A DNA stretch of 32,000 bases from assembly GCA_022646745.1 (NCBI GenBank), contig CP060262.1, forward strand, positions 3,090,001-3,122,000, in the 5' to 3' direction. Position numbers and translations under genes: made by a program. The notes below the pieces were generated by a model, which saw only the letters and a list, made by a program, of their open reading frames with translations, was not told the DNA's origin and did not search any database. Source of the DNA: Planctomycetales bacterium. GTDB lineage: Bacteria > 4484-113 > JAFGCY01. Shown here one piece after another: positions 25,100 to 32,000 of this stretch; within the stretch, counting starts at the first letter, position 1; each line of letters begins with the position of its first letter.

Positions 25100-26083
25100 T
25101 TAGGTTTCCCAGGTGATGTTATTGTCGACCCGGTGCAGGTCAGCTTCGACCATCTTCGTGATCATGTCCCGGAAGCTTGTGGCGGGCTGCCAGCTGAGCT
25201 GCTCCCTCGCTTCGCCGATATCCCCGAGCAGGGTATTCACTTCGGCGGGGCGCAGGAAGCGCGGATCGATCTTTACGTGGTCCTCGTAGTTCAGGCCGAC
25301 AGCACTGAATGCCGCATCGCACAGTTCCCGTACCGATGACTGCTCGCCGGTGGCGATCACGTAGTCTCGAGGTTCCTCGCGGTTGAGCATCAGCCACATC
25401 GCCTGCACGTAGTCCGGGGCATAGCCCCAGTCCCGCTGGGCATCGAGGTTGCCGAGCGAGACACTCTCCATCTTCCCGCGCTTGATGTTGGCGGCTGCCC
25501 AGGTCACTTTACGGGTGACGAACTCCAGGCCGCGCCGCTCACTCTCGTGGTTGAAGAGGATGCCGCTGCAGGCGTACATGTCGTAGCTTTCGCGGTAGTT
25601 GATGGTCATCCAGTGACCATATACCTTACTAACTCCATAGGGGCTGCGCGGATAGAACGGGGTGGTGCGCTTCTGCGGGGTCTCCCGCACCTTGCCGAAC
25701 ATCTCGCTGGAACTTGCCTGGTAGAAGCGGATCGCCGGGTCCACCATGCGAACGGCCTCCAGCATGTTGAGCACGCCGATCGCGGTCACCCCGCTTGTGG
25801 CTTCCGGCGCTTCCCAGGAGAAGGGCACGAAGCTCTGGGCTGCGAGGTTGAAAACGTACTTTGGCCTGATCTGCTGCAGGCTGCGGGTCAGGCTGGTAAC
25901 ATCCATCAGGTCACCATTCACAAGGTGCATGCGCTCATGCCCCGCCAGGTGGTGGATCCGCCAGTTGCTGGCACTGGCCTTGCGCCGGATCAGGCCGTAC
26001 ACTTCGAGCCCTTCTGACAACAGCAGGTCAGCCAGGTAACTGCCGTCCTGGCCGGTGATCCCCGTGATGAATGCCTTGTCCAT
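25100..26083 (-). CDS. gmd: GDP-mannose 4,6-dehydratase
   Basis: MDKAFITGITGQDGSYLADLLLSEGLEVYGLIRR, SSEMFG, PRSPYGVSKVYGHW (YxxxK), ILFNHESERRG. Confidence 0.93.
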   Translation of the reverse strand: MDKAFITGITGQDGSYLADLLLSEGLEVYGLIRRKASASNWRIHHLAGHERMHLVNGDLMDVTSLTRSLQQIRPKYVFNLAAQSFVPFSWEAPEATSGVTAIGVLNMLEAVRMVDPAIRFYQASSSEMFGKVRETPQKRTTPFYPRSPYGVSKVYGHWMTINYRESYDMYACSGILFNHESERRGLEFVTRKVTWAAANIKRGKMESVSLGNLDAQRDWGYAPDYVQAMWLMLNREEPRDYVIATGEQSSVRELCDAAFSAVGLNYEDHVKIDPRFLRPAEVNTLLGDIGEAREQLSWQPATSFRDMITKMVEADLHRVDNNITWET

Positions 26084-26212
26084 CAGGTAATTCTAGCCGC
26101 AGCCTTCCGGAAATCAGCCGGAACAGGTTACAATGTTCGGCCTATGCTTGCCCGGGGTGTATTCCGGTGCTAGCATAGTGTCCGCTTCAAATCCGATCGG
26201 AGATAGTAGTCA

Positions 26213-27772
26213 ATGACAAACGAGTTTAACAACCTGCTGGAAGAGGATCTTGCTGGTCGATCCTTAGCAGTAGGTCAAGTTGTGGACGGTACCGTTGTCC
26301 AGATCAGCGAAGACGGAGTCTTCGTGGACATCGGCGCGAAATCTGAAGGCCATCTCGAGCTCGACCAGATTTTCCAGGAAGAGCTTGCGACCCTCAAGGT
26401 TGGGGACCCCGTAAAGGTCCGCATCATCAAGAAAAAGAACGGCGAGTACCACCTCTCAAAGAAGAGCGTTGACTACGAAGCCGCCTGGAACCTGCTCGTT
26501 GCCGACCGCAAGGAAGATAAGGTAATAGAGATCAAGGTCGTCGAGAAGGTCAAGAACGGCTACATGGCCGAGGCCTACGAGCTGCTCCAGGGATTCATCC
26601 ACCACACGAACTTCAAGGGCCGTCCCAATGTCGGGGACACTTACAAGGCCAAGATCCTCGACCTCAACCGCAAGGCGCGCAAGCTGGTGTTCACCCGCCG
26701 CGACCTGCTTGAGCGTGAGGAGACCGAGAACCTCGAGCGCGACTTCGGCATGCTGCAGGAAGGCATGGTGATCGAAGGCCAGGTCGAGAAGCTCTCCCCC
26801 TACGGTGCATTCGTCAAGATCACCGATACCCTGACCGGACTGCTGCACATCAGTGAGTTCAGTTTCGACCATGTCAAGAAGCCGAGCGAAGTGCTGAAGG
26901 CCGGCGACATGGTGCAGGCCAAGATCCTGCAGATTGACAAGGACAAGAAGAAGATCTCCCTCTCCCGCAAGGCGACCATGAAGGATCCGATGATGACCAT
27001 GATCCCGGGCGAGGAGCTGGACGGCAAGGTGGAAAGCCTCGCCGAGTTCGGCGTGTTCGTCAAGATGGATAACGGTGTCACCGGCCTCGTGCACATCAGC
27101 GAGATCAGCCATCGCCGCTGCAACCATCCGAGCGAGGTTGTCAGCGTCGGCGACCCGATCCGTGTTAAGGTGCTGCGCATCCAGCCGGAGGACCGTCGCG
27201 TCAGCCTCAGCGCCAAGGCCTGTGAGCGTGATCCGTGGACCGAAGTCTACAGCCGCTACAGCGTCGGCCAACGCGTCGAAGGCAACGTCACCCAGCTCAT
27301 GCAGAGCGGCATGGTGATGAAGCTTGATGAGTTCTTCGAGGCCTTCATCCCGATCAGCGAAATCAGCGAGGAGCGCATCAACCACCCGAATGACATGTTC
27401 GAGGAAGGTGCGGAGACCGCTGGTACGATCATCTCCATTGACACCGCCAAGCGCCGCATCCGCGTCAGCCTGCGCCGCGTCGATGAGTCCATCACCGACT
27501 CCGGCTCCGCCGAGGTCAAGGGCATCAGCGATGCCGGTGGCATGGGCACTGAGATCACCGCCACCGCAGGCCGAGTGACCCTCGGTGACATCCTCGGCAG
27601 CAAGCTTGACCTCACCAACGTATCCAGCAAGGACAAGGATGCAAAGGCTGAGGAGAAGCCGGCCGCCAAGGCGGAGGAGGCCCCGGTTGCTGAGGTTGTG
27701 GCTGAGGAAGCCGCGAGCGAGGCCGCCGAGGAGGAGACCGTCGAGACCGGTGGCGAAGGCAGCGAAGGCTGA
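26213..27772 (+). CDS. rpsA: 30S ribosomal protein S1
   Basis: 519 aa with repeated S1 OB-fold modules (GQVVDGTVVQISEDGVFVDIG; GMVIEGQVEKLSPYGAFVKI; GEELDGKVESLAEFGVFVKM; GQRVEGNVTQLMQSGMVMKL). Ala/Glu-rich C-terminal tail. Confidence 0.92.
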   Translation: MTNEFNNLLEEDLAGRSLAVGQVVDGTVVQISEDGVFVDIGAKSEGHLELDQIFQEELATLKVGDPVKVRIIKKKNGEYHLSKKSVDYEAAWNLLVADRKEDKVIEIKVVEKVKNGYMAEAYELLQGFIHHTNFKGRPNVGDTYKAKILDLNRKARKLVFTRRDLLEREETENLERDFGMLQEGMVIEGQVEKLSPYGAFVKITDTLTGLLHISEFSFDHVKKPSEVLKAGDMVQAKILQIDKDKKKISLSRKATMKDPMMTMIPGEELDGKVESLAEFGVFVKMDNGVTGLVHISEISHRRCNHPSEVVSVGDPIRVKVLRIQPEDRRVSLSAKACERDPWTEVYSRYSVGQRVEGNVTQLMQSGMVMKLDEFFEAFIPISEISEERINHPNDMFEEGAETAGTIISIDTAKRRIRVSLRRVDESITDSGSAEVKGISDAGGMGTEITATAGRVTLGDILGSKLDLTNVSSKDKDAKAEEKPAAKAEEAPVAEVVAEEAASEAAEEETVETGGEGSEG

Positions 27773-27784
27773 TCCGGTGCACCA

Positions 27785-28375
27785 ATGATCCTCGGGATCA
27801 CCGGCGGCATCGCCAGTGGCAAGAGCACCGTTGTCCGGATCCTCAGGGAGCTGGGGGCCCGGGTGGTGGACTGCGATGACCTGGTACGCTGCCTGACCGA
27901 TCACGAGCCTGAAATTCTGAATGCAATCCGCACCCGCTTCGGAGAGGAATACTTCTCCGGGGCGGGTGCTCTGCTTCGGGGCCGGCTCGGACAGCTGATC
28001 CTCGAAGATGAACAGGCCCGCCATGAGCTCGAAGCGATCCTGCACCCGCGGGTGATCGAGACCTGCTCCCGGATCTCCGAAGACAGCAAGTCACGCAATG
28101 AACCACTGGCAATCTGTGCCCCGTTGCTGATCGAGGCTGATATGCTATATTTGGTCGACCGCACCTGGCTCGTCAGCTGTACAAGGGAGCAGCAGGTCGA
28201 GCGGCTGATGCAGCGCAATGGCATCAGCCGGGAACTTGCGGAGCAGTGGATTTCCATCCAGATGCCACTGGAGGAAAAACAAAAGTATGCCGATGACGTC
28301 TTGGATAACAGCGTTGATGGCATTGAGGGTTTAGCAGATGAAGTATCCCGCCGCTGGAATGAAATCATCCGGTGA
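27785..28375 (+). CDS. coaE: Dephospho-CoA kinase
   Basis: MILGITGGIASGKSTV P-loop, ILHPRV, about 196 aa, typical CoaE length and layout. Confidence 0.9.
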   Translation: MILGITGGIASGKSTVVRILRELGARVVDCDDLVRCLTDHEPEILNAIRTRFGEEYFSGAGALLRGRLGQLILEDEQARHELEAILHPRVIETCSRISEDSKSRNEPLAICAPLLIEADMLYLVDRTWLVSCTREQQVERLMQRNGISRELAEQWISIQMPLEEKQKYADDVLDNSVDGIEGLADEVSRRWNEIIR

Positions 28376-29519
28376 GTGGTTCCGCGCGGTTGTGCGTGGC
28401 CTGTCGGCCGGCCTGCTGCTGCTTTGCGTCACCCTTATGAATCCCGCATCGGCCCAGGCCAAGCAGGAAATGAGCGCGGAGGAAGCCTACCGCGCCGTAC
28501 TTTCCTGGGCCACGCAGAACAATAACAAGGCCTACCTCGATGAGCTTTACCTGCAGATCGAGAGTGCCGCATCCCGCTACCGCATCCCGCCGGAGCTGGC
28601 ACTGGCCGTGATTGGTGCTGAGGCCCGCTATGGGCAGCGCATCAGTTATGCCCGCTACGACTCCTGGCAGCTATACGACAAGACCACCGGCCAGACCCGG
28701 GACAAATACCCGGAAGTCACCGATGACCTGCATACGATGCTCAGTGAGCTCCGCTACATCATGAGCCGCAGCAAGACGATGGACCAGGCCATCCGGGAGT
28801 ACTGGTGTGGTCCGAACAACGACTTCAACCAGGACAGTTACGAGCAGTTCAGCACCGCCTTCGCCAAGATCTGGAACGCACTGGAGGAGTACGCCAAGGA
28901 CCGCAAGCAGCCCACCCAGCGGCAGGATCCCGGCGACTTCACCTACAAGGGGGCACAGACCAGCTGGGAGCACCTTGAAGGCGGGAACATGAAGAACTGG
29001 AAGAGCAAGCTCGATCCGATCCCGCACAGCTACTCAGACCTGAAGATCTACAAGGAAGAAGCGGCCTACGCTTCAGTGATCCGCAAGATGAACAAGAATG
29101 TCACGCAGGCTGATGCGGACATGATTGCCAGGATCATCCTCAACTACTGCGACCAGGCGGACGTGAATACCGTTGACCCGCGCCTGATCATGTCGATCGT
29201 GGCGGCGGAAAGCCGCTTCAACAAGAATGCGCGCAGCCGGGTAGGGGCACTGGGCCTTGGACAGCTGATGCCGGCAACCGCCAAGGGCATGGGCATCAAT
29301 GACCCGATGGATCCGGTGCAGAACCTCTGGGGTTGCGTGCGCTACGTGGAGCGGGAAATCCACCGCTGGGCTGACCATCCGGACGCACTGGACAGGGTGC
29401 TCGCGAGTTATAATGCAGGCCCCGGTGCCGTGCAGAAGTACAACGGCATCCCTCCCTACAAGGAGACCCAGAGCTACGTCAGGATCGTCAAGCGTTACTA
29501 CGCTGACTTCACCAATTAA
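28338..29519 (+). CDS. Secreted lytic transglycosylase (SLT domain) with an uncharacterised N-terminal region
   Basis: Signal-like LSAGLLLLCVTLMNPASAQA. C-terminal SLT motifs AAESRFNKNARSRVGALGLGQLMPATA ... SYNAGPGAV ... ETQSYV. Start 28338 (GAGGG 8 nt upstream) or 28359. Overlaps the coaE 3' end. Confidence 0.82.
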   Translation: MKYPAAGMKSSGEWFRAVVRGLSAGLLLLCVTLMNPASAQAKQEMSAEEAYRAVLSWATQNNNKAYLDELYLQIESAASRYRIPPELALAVIGAEARYGQRISYARYDSWQLYDKTTGQTRDKYPEVTDDLHTMLSELRYIMSRSKTMDQAIREYWCGPNNDFNQDSYEQFSTAFAKIWNALEEYAKDRKQPTQRQDPGDFTYKGAQTSWEHLEGGNMKNWKSKLDPIPHSYSDLKIYKEEAAYASVIRKMNKNVTQADADMIARIILNYCDQADVNTVDPRLIMSIVAAESRFNKNARSRVGALGLGQLMPATAKGMGINDPMDPVQNLWGCVRYVEREIHRWADHPDALDRVLASYNAGPGAVQKYNGIPPYKETQSYVRIVKRYYADFTN

Positions 29520-29538
29520 CGAGGCAAGGAAAACAGGA

Positions 29539-30669
29539 ATGGCAATGGAGCATCACTCGGTAAAGCATACGGCGCTGCACACGCGCCACGTCAACCTGGG
29601 CGCCCGCATGGGTGAGTTCGCCGGGTTCATGATGCCGCTCTGGTACTCCAGCATCAAGGAAGAGCATGACGCTGTGCGTAACGGGGTCGGGCTGTTTGAC
29701 CTGTCGCACATGGGCGAGTTCTTCATCAACGGCCCGCAGGCCTTTGACCTCTGCCAGTACCTGACCTGCAATGACGTGCGCCGCATCGGCGACGGGCAGT
29801 GCCAGTACACGCTGTTCCCGACGCCGGAGGGCGGCACGGTGGACGACCTGATCGTCTACCAGCAGAACCCGGAAAGCTACATGATGGTTGTCAATGCGAG
29901 CAACATTGACAAGGACTTCGCCTGGGTCACGAAGCACAACAGGTTCGACTGCACGGTCGAGAACCAGAGTGACGACTATTCGCTCGTTGCGGTGCAGGGC
30001 CCGAATACCGATGCCCTGCTTGAAGCATTTGGCTTCAAGAACATCTCCGCGATGTCACAGTTCACCTGGAAGCGCACTAAGCTGCACAACCGCAGCGTGA
30101 TCCTCTGCGGCACAGGCTACACAGGCGAGCGCGGCTTCGAGATCATCGTTGCCAACGAGGATGCGGGCTGGCTGTGGGACGGCCTTATGAAGGTCGGCGA
30201 ACAGTTCGGTGTCAAGCCGATCGGGCTTGGTGCCCGTGACACCCTGCGCCTCGAGATGGCTTACAGCCTCTATGGCAATGAGCTGGATGACAACACATCA
30301 GCGCTTGAGGCCGGCCTGCCGTTCTACGTGCGCACCGGACCTGAGTTCATCGGGGTGGATGTGCTGCGCAGGCAGGAGCAGGAAGGCGTGACCCGCAAGG
30401 TCTGCGGACTGGTGGTGACCGAGGAGAAGCGCAGCGCGGCCCCACGCCATGGCGCACCGGTCTACAGTTCGGAAGGCGAGGACATTGGCGAGGTCACCAG
30501 CGGCAGCTTCAGCCCGTCACTTGACAAGGGCATTGCGCTGGCCAGCCTGAAGAAGGGCTACTGGGAACCCGGCATGCATGTGCAGATCGAGATCCGCGGA
30601 CGCCGCATGAACGCTGAGATCGTCAACCTGCCGTTCTACCGCAAGCCGAAGAAGAAGTCCAAGTCCTGA
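29539..30669 (+). CDS. gcvT: Glycine cleavage system aminomethyltransferase (T protein)
   Basis: TALHTRHVNLGARMGEFAGFMMPLWYSSIKEEHDAVRNGVGLFDLSHMGEF ... GYTGERGFEI. Start at the ATG 29539 after AAGGA. The track's longer ORF from 29299 overlaps the SLT gene. Confidence 0.92.
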   Translation: MAMEHHSVKHTALHTRHVNLGARMGEFAGFMMPLWYSSIKEEHDAVRNGVGLFDLSHMGEFFINGPQAFDLCQYLTCNDVRRIGDGQCQYTLFPTPEGGTVDDLIVYQQNPESYMMVVNASNIDKDFAWVTKHNRFDCTVENQSDDYSLVAVQGPNTDALLEAFGFKNISAMSQFTWKRTKLHNRSVILCGTGYTGERGFEIIVANEDAGWLWDGLMKVGEQFGVKPIGLGARDTLRLEMAYSLYGNELDDNTSALEAGLPFYVRTGPEFIGVDVLRRQEQEGVTRKVCGLVVTEEKRSAAPRHGAPVYSSEGEDIGEVTSGSFSPSLDKGIALASLKKGYWEPGMHVQIEIRGRRMNAEIVNLPFYRKPKKKSKS

Positions 30670-30682
30670 CTGGCGATCCTGC

Positions 30683-32000
30683 CTAGTGCAGGAAGTGGCG
30701 GTTCGGGGCGAAGATCAGCGGGACCTTGAGCTGGTTGGCCATTGCCACCACTTCGACATCGCGCTTGGAGCCTCCGGGGGCCACCACGCAGCCGAACTTG
30801 GCCTTGGCCGCCATCTCGATGCTGTCGGCAAACGGGAAGAAGCCATCGCTGACGAACACAGCTCCCTTGCAGTCCTTGCCGGCATTCTTGATGGCAATTT
30901 CCGCCGCATCGACGCGTGACATCTGGCCCAGGCCAGCGCCGATCATCACACCATCCTTGACGACACACAGTGAGTTGCTCTTGAGGTGGCGGATGATACT
31001 CAGGCCGAACAGGATGTCCTCGCGCAGGTCGTCATCCGGCTTGGTCTGGCTGACGAGGTCAAGGTTCTCCCATTTCTCCTCGACGTTGTCATAGTCCTGC
31101 AGCAGTGCGCCGAAGATGTTGATGTTGACCTTCGGGCTCTGCTGGCGAACGCTGCGCACGAGGTCCAGGTCGACCTCCAGCAGCCGCCAGTTCTTCTTCT
31201 GCTTGAGGGTTTCCAGCGCATCCTTCGTGTATGAGGGGGCGATGATCACCTCGAGGAAAGTGCGCTTCAGCTCCTCAGCCAAGGCCTTGTCCACCTCGGA
31301 GTTAAGGCTGACAATCCCGCCGAATGCGCTCTTGGCATCCGCTTCGCGTGCGTTGATGTATGTCTTCACCGCGTTGTCGCCGATGGCGATGCCGCAGGGA
31401 TTGGTGTGCTTGACGACGCAGGCCGCAAAGGGCTTGGAGAAGTTGCCGGCAACCACCGAGACTGCTGCTGCGGCATCGAGGTAGTTGTTGTAGCTCATGT
31501 CCTTGCCCTGGTGCACCTTGAAGGGCAGGGAGGGAATGCCCGTCATGGAATAGCGGGCAGCCTGCTGGTGCGGGTTCTCACCGTAACGCAGCTTCTCGCT
31601 CTTCTTCAAGGTGAGTGTGATGCGGTCCTCGAACATCTCGCTCGGGAGTTCCACCGTCATGTCCTCGCTGGCATCACTCAGGCCGACCGGGGCAGTCTCC
31701 TCAAAGTAGGCGGCAATGGCAGCCTCGTATTCGTATGTCTTCTTGAAGGCATCACGGGCGAGCTTGAGGCGGTATTCCTCGGAGACATCGCCATGGTCCT
31801 TGATGTAGCGGGTTACTTCGCGGTACTGCTCGATGTCAGACACGATCACCACGTTACGGTGGTTCTTGGCAGCGGCGCGCACCATGCTCGGCCCGCCTAT
31901 GTCAATCAGTTCAATCGCCTCGGCGAGCTTGGTGACGCCGGCCTTGACCTTCTCATGGAAGGGGTAGAAGTTGACCACCACCATGTCGAAGGACTTGATG
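30683..32000 (-). CDS. purH: Bifunctional AICAR transformylase / IMP cyclohydrolase (5' end beyond window)
   Basis: DMVVVNFYPF ... IDIGGPSMVRAAAKNH ... YGENPHQ ... VVKHTNPCG ... GAGLGQMSRVD ... IAPGGSKRD ... RHFLH. The frame stays open to the window edge. Confidence 0.93.
   Translation of the reverse strand, partial: IKSFDMVVVNFYPFHEKVKAGVTKLAEAIELIDIGGPSMVRAAAKNHRNVVIVSDIEQYREVTRYIKDHGDVSEEYRLKLARDAFKKTYEYEAAIAAYFEETAPVGLSDASEDMTVELPSEMFEDRITLTLKKSEKLRYGENPHQQAARYSMTGIPSLPFKVHQGKDMSYNNYLDAAAAVSVVAGNFSKPFAACVVKHTNPCGIAIGDNAVKTYINAREADAKSAFGGIVSLNSEVDKALAEELKRTFLEVIIAPSYTKDALETLKQKKNWRLLEVDLDLVRSVRQQSPKVNINIFGALLQDYDNVEEKWENLDLVSQTKPDDDLREDILFGLSIIRHLKSNSLCVVKDGVMIGAGLGQMSRVDAAEIAIKNAGKDCKGAVFVSDGFFPFADSIEMAAKAKFGCVVAPGGSKRDVEVVAMANQLKVPLIFAPNRHFLH

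Noticed and set aside
27590-27772. Ala/Glu/Lys-rich low-complexity tail of S1 as a separate feature or repeat.
   Set aside because: It is in frame with rpsA. Such acidic or Ala-rich C-terminal extensions of S1 are common lineage-specific decorations, and there is no DNA-level tandem repeat.
1-32000. CRISPR arrays, rRNA genes, transposases, integrases, IS inverted repeats, toxin-antitoxin pairs or recognisable phage-defence ATPases and nucleases.
   Set aside because: None was found on either strand. No spaced direct-repeat arrays were seen, and every ORF over 200 aa is accounted for by the annotations above.

Overview
The window is a largely syntenic housekeeping stretch from a high-GC chromosome. 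Hand-counted 60-nt lines give roughly 57-68% G+C. The host looks diderm, since TolC, Lgt, a MacA/MacB-type efflux pair and an SLT transglycosylase are present. It also encodes RNase Y and GatCA. Genes I recognise: macB-like permease (partial), macA-like adaptor, a Yip1-like membrane protein, a NifU-like protein, an XRE-HTH/S24 LexA-like repressor, lgt, recA, rny, gatC, gatA, a GT2 glycosyltransferase, nadE, a DUF502 protein, tRNA-Ala(CGC), yigZ, tolC-like, rpsD, gmd, rpsA, coaE, an SLT lytic transglycosylase, gcvT and purH (partial). Four things stand out. (1) Two tandem micro-ORFs of 52 and 50 aa lie below the ORF-track cutoff. They have near-identical ribosome-binding regions, the same C-terminal end (-MF stop) and their own terminator, and sit just downstream of a CPBP/Abi intramembrane protease gene next to tRNA-Ala. 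I read this as a candidate secreted or membrane peptide module. (2) A 3.7-kb, strongly AT-shifted single-gene insert encodes a 1228-aa lipoprotein with a central S8 subtilase domain, driven by a near-consensus promoter and placed beside tolC. (3) An 802-aa secreted protein has a PDZ domain followed by about a dozen 26-28-aa GNDxY/QG repeats. (4) A non-canonical LexA-like regulator sits two genes from recA. No CRISPR array, transposase, integrase or rRNA was seen. All functional calls rest on motif recognition by eye; no database search was run.
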